Shown: positions 12,701-25,178 of the stretch, piece by piece | How positions within the stretch are numbered: position 1 is the stretch's first letter | How the letters are laid out: every line of letters begins with the position of its first letter | Source of the DNA: Ylistrum balloti | Lineage: Eukaryota | NCBI RefSeq assembly: GCF_031769215.1 | Contig: NW_026782356.1 | Location: 1,488,001 to 1,552,000 of the forward strand | DNA: 64,000 nucleotides | Reading direction: 5' to 3' | Translations under genes and position numbers: made by a program | The notes under the pieces: model-generated | What the model was told of the DNA's origin: nothing | Databases searched by the model: none | Seen by the model: the letters and a program-made list of their open reading frames with translations, nothing else

Positions 12701-14265
12701 AAAGGCACTTAACTAAACATGTATGTCTATTATCATTCCTTCACATAGAAACAAAATTAGCTAAGCATTCCATTTTCTGGAAGGTCTAAGAGTCCGTACA
12801 TACCAGACTGTATTGCTTAACTGTAACACAAATCAGCTAAAAATCATATAAATTGAAAAAGTCCATACCTTTATCAACCTGAGTATCTTGATTTCTTGGA
12901 CAGGAAGCATTACATGCTTTATCCTTTACGCATGCGCCGTCTTTTCCGCTGTAGGCAGTCCCTTCCGGACAACATTCTGCAGCAGAATAATTGCCGTTAC
13001 ACCTCCAGTAGTAGCGACAGTTGGGCTCCTTGATCCTGAAGTCTTGGTACGACACCAGATTGGGATATCGGGGATCAGAGCACGGATCTGTAAGAAAACA
13101 TAACAGCTGAATAATGTAGCCATTGCTGATTTTGGTCACTTCCATTTTTGGTTTTCTTTTTCGAGCGGAGTTAGCGAAAAATACTGGTAAATTATATAAA
13201 GGTCTTGTTTACAATTTAAAAAAAAGTATTGTCATGATAATGCAAATTTCAAACACTGGACAAAAAAAGATAAAATAACCGGATGAGATAGAAAAATGTT
13301 ATGTAAATGTGTAGCCCTTGTAAATACTGAACGCAATATACCGCTCGGCTAGAGAGAACATTTCTTTAGCTCGATCGGTTGAGTGTCAGACTAGTAAGCC
13401 AGAGATAACGAGTTCGAATATCTGCGGAGGCATTATAATAAATGGTGACTTCTGTTTCAATTGACCAAACATTTTTTTCTGTGTTGGTTGGTATCTGTAG
13501 AGTTAGATACTAAATCATAGCGAGTTTACACGTGACGCTCGTCCACATTGTGCTCTGGTCCTGTAGATCTACTACATTGTGCACTGGCTAAAAGTAAATC
13601 AGGTACCACAGGCTGAGACCTGACCACTCCAATGTGTAAGTAAAGCCTTGTATAGTGATAACGACAAAATAGGACTACCGTCGAGGTGACCAATGAGGAA
13701 GCAGTTGAAGGTGTTATTTCTTTTACAGATGGACTCTTTTTCCTTTATATTCTTTTCATTTGGAGACAAAGTAAATGTCATAATGCGTTTAATCATTTGA
13801 TATATATTAAAGAGATCACTGAAAGGGAGCCGTGTACAGCTAGGCTCTTTTTCATGACGAATGTCATCTTCGCGGGCCAAGAGTGTTCAGTGCGATAGGA
13901 AATGATTGTAAGCCCTGGTTGATAGAGGATGGGGAATTGTTAACAATGCCAACCATTACGATAGTTCATCATACAATAGATACCTTAGACATACTTATTG
14001 TGGTGTCTAACACACAGTTATTAAATATATAACACATACACATCAAAATCAAGTAAACAGCAAGTAACAACCACCTCACCTCTTGCGCATTTGATGATAG
14101 AGGGGAAATCACATCGGTTTTCTTTCTCGTTGTAGAAGGTTCCGAACGGACACCTGAGTTGTGTTGGTTGTCGTCCGGACTCGCAAACAACATACGCGCC
14201 ACAGTCGTTTGGAATACCAAGTGTACACACAACAGACTTACAACTGCTACATAAAGCCTTCAGAC
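9756..14265 (-). CDS. Pif/BMSP-like chitin-binding protein: CBM14 (ChtBD2) x2, SUEL/Gal-lectin domain, partial CBM14, LamG/ConA-like domain; 5' exons not resolved
   Basis: GT-AG exons with consistent phases: 14265-14080, 13087-12869, 12510-12223, 11811-11677, 11261-10873, 10695-10575, 10148-10066, 9812-9756 (TAG). Total 1478 nt, about 492 codons. CBM14: CGAYVVC...CPFGTFYNEKENRCDFPSIIKC and CRYYWRC...CCPEGTAY. SUEL: CNGNVKTLKCP...EVFYGR...CAGKQSCSV...DPCPGIDKYLQVEYTC. LamG-like: EWTNVLFRFDG, PLRIGSC, AFIDEIQISFC. Confidence 0.9.
13361..13432 (+). mobile_element. tRNA-derived SINE head or tRNA pseudogene (Thr-AGT-like loop)
   Basis: A-box-like TAGCTCGATCGG, loop CTAGTAA, B-box-like GAGTTCGAAT. 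The stems do not pair well, so it is not a functional tRNA. It is intronic in the Pif-like gene. Confidence 0.6.
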
Positions 14266-15199
14266 CTGTATAGGAGAGTAATCGTTTTCAGGGTGTGACA
14301 TGCCCTGCTTCCACAACAATAAAAGTAAATATTACTTAGCACTTATGATGACAGAAAAGAATTGTATTTTGTACTGGGGAAATGATGTGACAAGTTCCTT
14401 GTATCTGACGTAGAAATACGTCTTTTTTGTGACGGTCTGATGAATATATCTGAATATACATTGCCCTGGCACCGACCGTAAACATTCTTCTGTAGATTAA
14501 TATCTCTTGAACATTTCTGAATATTCATTGGCCCGGTTTCTACCGTAAAATTCTGTGGGAGAACATCTTTTTTTTAAATACTTCAATGGGTGAAGATCTT
14601 TTGAACATTTATTTCACAACAATAAACGTTTACATTAAATGTATCAGTATATGCAAAACGTGCATGTCATAGTATATCTAATACGTTCATTATATATTGT
14701 ATAACATCTTTTAATGATCAATTATTACAAAAAATTATTATTTCCCGCACGAAACATTAATTAACAAAGAATAATTAAAAATTTCGGTAACGTTTTTGCT
14801 ATAGTGCATATACTAAACAACTGTTACTCTTGTAAACTAGGTGGATTAAAAGTTCTAATCGTGGATACTGAAAGAAAAGTTTCAGTTATGAATCCAAAAG
14901 GTAAATTGAATTAAAGCATGTATTCCGTTCCACTAGAACAATAAAGATAGCTCTTTGTATCACAAAAATAAACAAACCTGCTATAAATTTATACAAATAA
15001 TATCTTAATAAACACTCCTATTACACATTGGCTGTATACATGTCTTGGTATTTTAGAACAGACATATAATTGCAGCAGGCGATGGAATTTCAAAAGTCTT
15101 TTAGCACAATGATATTCAGATAATTGATGAGACTTTGCGTTCTTTTACTGTAAATGTAAACAAATGTTACGGTTCATTTTCAGCTTCACACCAGGTAAG

Positions 15200-17745
15200 T
15201 TCAAGCAGTTGATACTTCTGATGAGACGGAGTAGATTACCTGTCAGGAGGCAAACCACAGTACTGGAGATCTGTTTGCTGATGAATCACCTCACAGCGAT
15301 GGCCCTGGTTGGAGTGGGGATGATGGAGCCCAGGAAACAGAAGCCACGGAGACTATAACACTACGGAAAGCGAGGGTCAACTGGCCCAGAATGTCATATG
15401 GGAAGGAATGGAAGGCATTTTATGAAGAGTATTAGAGATAACGATGCAGGGAAGTGTTGATGACAAGAAGCTATATATCCTTGTAACCAGAATACACGAA
15501 AGACGCAGCAGAGAGAGAATAAAAGGGAAAGGGAAATTAGAAGCATATGGAGAGAAAAACCCTGAAACGCAGATTGCGAACAGCATCACAGGAAGAAGGT
15601 ACCACCAGAGACAAACGTAAGAAACTAAGAAAGGCTGAGAGAATACGAGCTGGTAGTAAGACAAGGACGCAGTTTATCAAGGATCTTTTGCTAAAATAAA
15701 AGTTGGAAGAAGACCGTTCAGGTCAGCTGGAAAGCTCCAGGATAGAGATAGAACACCATTGTGAGCTAGACAAGGCTACACCGCTGGGAGACTGTCCTGT
15801 GGTAATAGAAGATCAACCACCAAGTACTCTTGAGGCAGAAAGTACAGGAAGTGGTGAGGTAAGAAGCGCTGTAGTATATTCACGATCAGCACTTGGTCCA
15901 AGTGGACTGCCACATTCTGTTCAGAAATGCCCAAGGGTGTTGCGACGGCTGTGGATGCTCCTGATGAAGATGTGGAAGACAGGAACGATTCCCGACATTT
16001 GGAAGAAGGCAAAAGGTTGATTGGCCCGACATAGGACTCGACATCTGTGGAGCAGTTCAGAATTATCCCCTTGCTCAGTATCGAATGTAGATCTTCACTG
16101 TGATGGCTACGCGGCAAACACATCAGCTCAGAAGGAAGCAACACATGGGTTCCTTGAATGCGTAGAGCACACTAGCGTTCAGAGCCAGACGATTCGCGAG
16201 GATAAAGCGATTTGGCAGTGGTTTGGTTTGACATAGCCAATGCATATTGAAGAATCCCTCCCAAGCTCATTTAGGGAGCGATGCAATGTTATCTCATTCC
16301 AGAACATGTCATCAGCGTGAAGAAGTGTAACGTATGCTGTTCGGGATTGTTGCACCACACGAGGAGACTATTCTATTTACATTTTTGTTACAATATTTAA
16401 AAAGACTTTACCCTGCATTTACTTACAGATACCTCACACACCGATCATTTTACCTCACACACAACTATCCCTTACGCACATGTAGATATGAAATATGAAT
16501 ATGTATGACCGCACTATAAAATGTCACTGTGAGGCCACCGAAGCTCTTCACACAATGTCGCAGTCAACTGATATTCCAGTATGATTCCTCGGCTCCATGC
16601 TTGTCGACGAAATAACTGGTCATTTATTACGTCATAAGTCACTCAACATGGTGCGGCACCCAGGATGTAACGAACTATGATCTTCGCAACGATCACTGTC
16701 CCACACGTAGTGTTCATTTCATGTACAACAAAAGAAACATCATATAGAACGGAAACTCTACGTCAGCTGTGATGTTCCCAAGAAGAAGTGTAAATACTGT
16801 GACGTCATATCACTACACTGTACGCTATATATGCTGATGGTAGACAGCTCAGGTTCACCACAAATAGCTTCACCAAAGCCTTTCAGGATTTAAGAAGGGA
16901 ATAGTGACAGGTTGGTCTTGTCGCCTATCCTGTTTGTGATGGGTATGAACATCAACATAAAAGCTGTTGAAAGAGAGACTGGAGGGCAAAGAATGAACGC
17001 AAGAATCTACCAACCTTCGAATAGATGATTCATGGATTACAACAACAACCCATGTTCGAGCACGGTGGATACTATATGCACCTGATGGTGTCGTGGGCTC
17101 GGAAGAAGTTTGAGCCGAAGAAACACGGTGTATGATCATCAGGAAGAGGCGGTTGACAAATCCCTGTAAAATGCTAAGGGAATAGGTATGACGGCACCCT
17201 GTTGGAGGTTGGAGAGAATGTAGAAGAATGGCTGAATAGGATTGATAAATCAGAACTGCTCAAGATGATGTTCTTCCTAGGTTATCTTGGACCCTTATGC
17301 TGTACGAATTACCACTGACAGCGGTTAAACCCCTTATGACAGCAGGAAGCTTTGATCGTGGCCTGGAGTTCCTACAAGTCGTAGAGGTATGACTATACAA
17401 CAAGGTCACAGGGACAGGCAGGAAATGGTCAACTGGTGTGGTGTGCAGAAAGCAAATCCAAGATACACTGGAGCTCCAGGACATTGTAGGAAACAGCTTT
17501 GTTGGCAGACGAAGACTGAGAGTCGATTGTCAGACATATGGAGAATGGAACTAAATACCAGGAGTTAGCAGAGCAATGCAGACAGAGGGATGGAACACCT
17601 GGCTGTTCCCAGTAGAGGTAGGTACCAGAGGGTTCCCTGCACAGTCAGTATGGAAATGGATCCAGAAAGTGGAACTGACAGGCGAAAGGCAGCTATTAAG
17701 ACCATAGCCAAGAAGGCTGGTTATGGTGCAGACGAGATGGGCCAA
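15200..17745 (+). mobile_element. Degraded R2-superfamily (HERO-like) non-LTR retrotransposon: RT plus restriction-like endonuclease remnants, interrupted at ~16340-16829
   Basis: Fragments RKARVNWP, SRSALGPSGLP...CPRVLRRLW...IPDIWKKAKG, QFRIIPLLS, CVEHTSV, VWFDIANAY.RIPPKLI, QLRFTTNSFT, KGIVTG...LSPILFVMGMN and TKYQELAEQC...GWNTWLFPVEVGTRGFPAQSVW match the HERO-type RT/RLE layout from memory. Many stops and frameshifts; 5' boundary approximate. Confidence 0.85.
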
Positions 17746-18915
17746 AATGTCAAATATATTAAATATTTCTCATTGTTTTCGGATAGGATTTTGCGGAATG
17801 CAGCAGTAAAAGCCAATAGATTTGCAGAATATCGTGGATGTCAGTTTACAAATGACCTCCAATCGGGAACTGATATTTCTTCCCAGACCAAGCATGGTAC
17901 ATAATGAAAAAGCCCACCACAAATTAATATTAGACTGACATTTACAAATATTTGCATATATGTTATTACTTAATGGCAATACCTACTCCCCAATCCCTGG
18001 TTCTGTCGGGCAACATCCCCCGGGGGTGGGTCCACAACTGTTAGAACTGTCAAAAAAGAAGGAACAGCATGCTGCAGTGTACACGGGATTGTGAAGCAAT
18101 ATGTGCATGCATGTGAATCAGGGAAATAGGTATAGTAGTACTAGTAATTGATTATCTGATTCGAGATGGTATGGTGGTAGGAATTTCATATGTGTAAGGA
18201 AATATATAGTGCAACTGTATCACACAACCGCAAGGGTCTTTCAAAACTAGCAGGGTCAAACAAATCCAGTTCGATAAATAACTTAAATATGGTATAATAG
18301 AAATATAGTCACACAGGAATCATTGCCAGTGTACATCAGTTCATAAAAGCTTAAAAACAAATAGAATCAGCTATTATGAGGAAAATAGTTTTTTTATATA
18401 CAAATTTATTAAAATTATTTCTATTGTGAGTATTTGGACATACTTTTAAATGATTGCACAGTGCGCGGCGTAGTAGGAATTTAAAACAACTTGCCTTAGT
18501 ATAAAAAATTCAAACCCGCACATTTTTAATACATGATGTAAACAAGAGAATGCACATAATTAGCTATTTAACAGGTTAAAGTCGATGGGGCATTTAGATG
18601 TTTACTTTACCGGAGATGATTAATATCGCTTACAGACTTACCTCCCCCTGTCGACAGAGTTTCCTGAGATAAAATACACCAACAACACGCGGACAACAAT
18701 AATAAATGGATTTCTGTGGTCAGCTTCATCTATGATATAAAGTAATAATAAGTTAATAGTTATTATTGTGATTTAATGGTTATTTGGTTTCAATATTGAA
18801 GTAATCATCGATGATTACTGAAACGTTCATAATGAGGATTGAAATCTTAACAGAAATAGCAGACAAAAACAAATCGAAATGCCAAACAGCAATAAAAAAA
18901 CACACAAACAAAAAC

Positions 18916-18934
18916 AAAAAAAAAAAAAAAAAAA

Positions 18935-18972
<38 letters not shown>
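18916..18972 (+). repeat. A19 followed by G38 homopolymer tract
   Basis: Direct reading of the sequence. Confidence 0.95.
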
Positions 18973-18973
<1 letters not shown>

Positions 18974-19599
18974 GATAACGAGTACTGCAAGAAAGTTTTT
19001 TTCTTCTTCTCAATTTTCCTAACTAGATTTATGTTCTAGTTTAGTTACAAATAAAACACAACACACACGTAGAGCACGTGTTTGGCCTGATTGAAACGAT
19101 CGATCCATAGAAAAAGCTTGTATGGTCAGTACACATCATCAAATATAATTATATCCATGATACATTATTACAATATACCTGTGTATATATTGTCACCAAT
19201 AGTTTGCGAAATATTAATTATGCTTTCACTTATAGCGACCTACAGGCCTCAGCTTATACGACGAAGTAGACTCAGTAAAGACCGACAAGAAAATTGTGAC
19301 GTCACAATACATTGGGGTATTACGTTGGTCGTACTGATGTAATACATGGGAGCGGACAAATGTTGATATACAACGATAATTAGTACAAATTATGGAGCAC
19401 AGATGACAGCTTCCACACGTTATAAACATACTACCATAATACAACGCATTCTGCCAAACAATAAAGATGTTTGTTAAACACAAAACAATATTTCGGAATA
19501 TTACAGTTTTAATCTGGTTAAATCGAACAGTGTTCGGTACGCTGTATACCTTGTTCATACGTTGAAGGCCAGCACGTGTTAAGGATGTACTCCTTTAAG

Positions 19600-20045
19600 A
19601 AATAAAAACGTTCCATTATTAATGTTTTTTTCTGATGATGGTTTTGTGGAAGTTTTGATCTTAGAGAGAAGATTAAAAGCAAAACAACAATATGTTTCTG
19701 TGGTTCAGAATAACAAGAAATAATTCATTGTCCAAAAATGATCCATTTTTTTTTATTTGACTATCTTCTAGTATTAAACTTTTTTTTTAAACACTTAATA
19801 CTTTGATAGAGAAATTTTCGATGATGTTTTTCATGATTAAAAAAGAGTGTGTCACTGTGCTTTATGTTTGGAAATTTCATCCAAATAGTCATTTTTTCCT
19901 ATATCAAGAAACAAACTGAATTAATTTTTTCCTGGTCCTAAAAATCCGAGAAAGTGATCCGCCAAGTTGGATTTTACACAATTGAAATCTGTGATTTGTG
20001 GTGATCACTAGTGCAGAATTTCGTTGAAATCTACCAAAGATTTCA
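19600..20045 (+). mobile_element. Interspersed AT-rich repeat, diverged homologue of 37705-38370
   Basis: Shared collinear blocks GTTTTGATCTTAGA..GATTAAAAG..AATATGTT.CTG, CTTTGATAGAGAAATTTT and GAAAGTGATCC. Confidence 0.7.
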
Positions 20046-20924
20046 AGGGTTAAGCACAAGAGAAGGACCTTAACAACAAGAAAACGTTGAAATTGTTGAT
20101 GGTAATAACCGAATCACGCTGTCAAATATGCCGTCAAAAAAGTAGTCCATAGGTGAAATTTCTCCAAAACATCATAAAATAACTCTTTTTATGTTTATAA
20201 GTACATATATCAAAGTGTATAAGGCTACCAAAGTCCAAGATATTATGCTGGAATTCATTTAATATTGAATTATGTCTTACTTCCGGTCGAAACTTGAAAG
20301 CAGTACATCGTTAAACCATATCATTATTTGCTTATTCAATCATAGGCTAAATGATATACATACATATTTGAATTTTAAGGATATTATGTAAACGTATAAA
20401 TACCGCGGAAACAATGACATGTCCGCATTCTTGTTACTGTAGGAGGAAATGTCAACCAAACCCTACACACCAAAGTGATACAACACTAAAACCAGCTGTT
20501 AGGAATTTTACTATAACAGCCTGTTACATGTTAGGGATACACTGACGACGAAATTTACGAGCAAAAAAGATCCAGGTATTTAACATAAATTAGTATAAAT
20601 GCCACTTTTCCGACACCATGTATTTCTCTTAGATTTTTAACTGAAACGAAAGTTACATACGCTGTAGTGAATATTCATTTGTCATCACGGTTCGTATTGT
20701 TTACAACGGAATTACATCCGACTCAGAATTACATGACAATTATTGTGTTTTATCTTGTTTCATACCTGTCCGTCGATATGTAATGATGTTTAATTTGTTC
20801 CCTAAGTTTTAATAACAGCATATTGTGACGGACGCATCATACATCTAAAAAAAACGTTTAACATGGCCTAACCATACATGTCTAGCTTTTTTTTATATCC
20901 ACATTGTGGAAACATCTCATATTA

Positions 20925-21020
20925 ATGAAACTGTATCATACAGCTGTTTCATCCTTCTAATACTCGCTAATGAAACTGCATCATACAGCTGTTTCATCCT
21001 TCTAATACTCGTTAATGATG
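20925..21020. repeat. Tandem duplication of a ~45-bp unit (AATGAAACTG.ATCATACAGCTGTTTCATCCTTCTAATACTCG)
   Basis: Two near-identical adjacent copies. Confidence 0.85.
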
Positions 21021-22319
21021 CTAAGGGCCAAAATGTGAAACCCAGGAGAGGACCGGGTTGAATCCAAAGTGAATGACAGAAATGTCAGAATCTAGACGGA
21101 GAGGTAAAGTCAGTAAATTTCGTAATATTCGTGTATCTGATAATTTAAGAAAAACGTCATGTACATGTTTTTTTTTTAATTGTTAACCGTGCCACTTTTC
21201 GACTGAATTTAAACTATGATCGGGACAAGCTCCTTCAGAGATATGTATTATATAATAATATAAATATATATACTCTTTATGTCGTCATTTGAGAAAACAA
21301 AACTCATATTAACCGAACAGAAGCTGTCGATGTAATTGGAATTTTTAAAAATGTTGTGTTGAATTGAATATACAATAATATTTTTTAACACCTACGCTGA
21401 TGTGATGTTGTCATTCCGCCCATCTATTTCACGGCTGATGAATTAAATGCATTAGGTGTTAAGGAAATCAGCGTTTCAACAATCTCTTTCGTTCATCCAC
21501 AGTGTTGGATTAAGTGATCGATTTGTTTATTGATGTGAATTCTGTACATTAACCCGTGACATCCATTACCTGATGTCGTTAATCGTCAATGTCGTTAATC
21601 GTTAGACGACAGTAAGATATATCTGTGGTTTATGATGACGTGTATCAAACAGACAACGGAACATTGTAGGCATGTTTTACACCACAAAACCAGTCACTTA
21701 CAGTACATACATTGATAAATAATTCATGGATACTTGGCATTGTTTTTGTCTCTGAAACGCTGCATAGGTAGAATGATAAGCGTCTCCGACTTACATATCG
21801 TGCACCACACCCAGGGTGTATGATTCATCCAAACGCTTACCAGAATACTCTATGCCTTCTATACACCTTGCGATAGAATAGCTTGATGTGTGTGCGATTA
21901 GCGAAGGTCCCAGTGGCCAACATTTCTTATCTTTAACCTTTGTTTTATGATTTCTGAAAGGTTAGATTTTCATTGAAAGGTACTTAAAAAGCAAAATATT
22001 ACTTATATAGCTGCGCTTTATTTTCCAATACCGGAATATACAACAAAGTACTATTATTTTTTGCATCTTATTATTAGGTTTTTCCTGAACAACGAACTTC
22101 ATTTGTTATTTTCCGAGCGATCTTTTCTATCAATGAATTAATCATTTCATTAACATGCTAGAAAATGATTGGATGTTAAGGAAAAAAGAATGTTAAATTG
22201 TGACCAAATAAAAATAAACGCAAACTGACACGATTTTTGTGGGTCCTATATAAAAGAAAGTGGTCCACCAAGTCATTCAACGTTTGTTTCTTATAAACGT
22301 AAACTGATCACAAGTACTT

Positions 22320-22490
22320 TTTAGCAACGGAAAATGCCGACAATTACATCATCAAAACGTTCCTTAGCAACGGAAAAACGCCGACAACTAAATCATCAAA
22401 ACGTTCCTTAGCAACGGGAAAGTGCCGACAACTACATCAACACGTTCCTTAGCAACGGAAAAACGCCGACAACTACATCATCAAAACAAT
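22320..22490. repeat. Short minisatellite, ~43-bp unit (TTAGCAACGGAAAAACGCCGACAACTACATCATCAAAACGTTCC), ~4 copies
   Basis: Directly visible tandem copies. Confidence 0.9.
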
Positions 22491-25178
22491 CAATAGTTTT
22501 TGTATTTTTGTCTTCTTCTCGTGTCTAAACCAAATTCAACATCCAATCTACAGTACATGCATAAAGTCAATCATAGCCACTTTAATTCATGTATCATGAT
22601 AGATATTTCGTTTATATGACAGACCAACAACATCTTCAAGCCGACACATTCATGGTTTTACAGAAAAGATTAAATAATCCCGTTTTGAAAGTCCTTACAT
22701 TCAGTCAAAAGTCCACTTCTGGTCTTTAAAGACACGAGACAAAAATGAGTCATCATGATATTTCTGAAGTCATGAAAGTATATTAAATTGTACTACGACC
22801 TGATTTTAGTGATAGGACTAAACTTTAGAGAAACATGTTTGTAAATGTTCTAGACAGGTACTTGTCGCCCAAAGACATCTGAACGTGATGTGATTGGCTT
22901 AGTTTTACATAGCCGGTTCATGTCGATGTAGCAGAAGACAATTACTCTTAAGTTTTCTCAAATGTATCCATGTTAACCTTTATTTAACTCTCGTGCAATC
23001 ATTTTTGTTAAATTTGACATACGCCTCTTGTTTAAAAAAGTCGATATTAGCTTTCTATTTTTTTTTTTTTTTTTTGTCGAACAGAATATTTTAATTCATT
23101 GTTGTGGCACTTGAGCATTCATTTGATGTTCACTTAAGTTAAAACGAGTGAAATGATAAGCATCACATCTTACTTTACCGAATCATCCTGTGTCAACAGT
23201 CTTTTTATTTATCCGTTTTTCATTGATTAATTTATCATCGTGTTTATTGACGTCATTTCAGTGTTTGTCTGTGTAAATATACGTGTATTCATATAATCCC
23301 TCGTTGTTTAAATCTTTAAGGAAACATTGCATAGTTCTGGTAGATGCACATGCATCCTTCTGTCGACCTTGACCTCTCCGTACATTCTTAGCTTCCTGTT
23401 CAGACATTGCACGTCAATGACCTTTTTTTGTCCGTGCATGTACATAAACATACAATAAACGTATACATATAGCTAATTGATATGTACATCGCGCCAGGAG
23501 TTTCCTCGGAAGAGGGTCGTCTCCGAAGGAATGTCTGTTTGGTCTAGCTTAGGGTTAAGTGGTTGACAAGCCATCACATAGGTCATAAATATGTCCCTGG
23601 ACAAGAAATCTCAATATGTAGTCTGCCCATGGTCAATATAGCGCCTCTTGCGTTTGTTGAGAGGGAATTTTACAATATGCCTTCTAAATTACACTAACAA
23701 AGTATATTCATCAATAAAGATGTGTTGAATCTTTCCTATGACTAAAACATGAAAACATTTATAATATTTGCACTGACAATTTTTATAGTGTTACACCATT
23801 CTACCCTTCGCCATCCAATGGACATGTATACATTTCCCACTATGTTTTCGTGTTGATTGAAAAAGAAAAATATTTTCCTTATAATATTCAAAATAGTCAG
23901 ATGTTGTCAAATTTAAAAAGGTGTTAATATTTGAAGTGTCGTCTTATCTTTAAAGCTTGTTAAATAATATTGATTTTCGTTATTAGCCATTAGCCTATGT
24001 CCTTAGCTTCAATGACGAGTCATTGAAGGCCAAAACAGTTGTATAAACACTATCTTATTTCTTATTTGAACTGAATGTTCTGTTCACTTGCGTGTCTTTT
24101 GAACATTCTCCTTGAAAGTTTGATACATCAATATCACCCACATTTTGTAATATTTCTTAACCCCCGTTTAAGCGAAGTGGCGTCATAGCGCCTTTCATTT
24201 ACTGAAATACATGTATTGTCGGAGAAACAAGATAATTCCTCTTCGAATTTTATACGTTCTTTTCATTTTACTGGTAATCTACAGGTAGAATAACACAAAT
24301 TGTAATGTAGTTATTGATATTTATTCTTTCAGACTAATATTGATTACTTTCTATGATTAGTAAAATTATAATTACAAACATCGTAAAACAGTAAGTAGAT
24401 TACATATATACCGGTCTAAGGTACACGGAACAAGATATATGTTCATACAGCATTTTTACACCAATCATAATGGTAAGACCTCAGTTCAGATATGCATGGG
24501 CGTCTAGAACAACGGTGATAAAAATAAAAAAAAATAATGCCATTAAATAATTAAAAGATAAAGAGTAATAAAAAAAATAACAGCGATTGGGTAAAAAAAT
24601 CACGGTGATTAAGTAGAAAAGTATTAGGACAAGGCCGGTATATATCCTTAAAACATCGATCCATTCACTGATTTTCTAGCTAGTGACTTCAATGAAACAA
24701 CCAAAATCAACTTACCATCACTTTGATGATCCCAGATAGAACGAATTTACAACCAACTCTCTTAATATAATAAAAGCGGTTTCTTAAAAATTGGTAGAAC
24801 TACACACAATTATACGAGTTCCTTCCTCACACAAGTATGTGTTTTTGCATAGCGCACTTGGTCCCATATAATTGACGGTACACAAATATATCATATAGAC
24901 ATACTAGCCGGGGGCAGATGATGTTAGTCTGACAATGATCTGTCCGATTGTCTCCGCCTAAACCCTCTGGCAAAAAACATATTTGTCACCTTGGTTTATT
25001 AATGGGACAAAGATTTAATGGTAATTAAAACAACAATAATAAATATTAATTAATTATCATATCTACATCATTAGGCGTTTAATTGCCCTCGCGTGTTATC
25101 CGGTGTTAAGCATACTTCGTAAAACTAAGTGTGTGTATTGTGGACGGGGTTGTGGGGGTGTCATATGCATGTACACAT

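Noticed and set aside
13361-13432. Functional tRNA-Thr gene
   Set aside because: The acceptor and anticodon stems do not pair and the B-box is degenerate.
23500-23548. Imperfect hairpin followed by CTAG, resembling a Helitron 3' end
   Set aside because: The hairpin is imperfect, CTAG is followed by C rather than T, and no matching 5' TC end or second copy was found.
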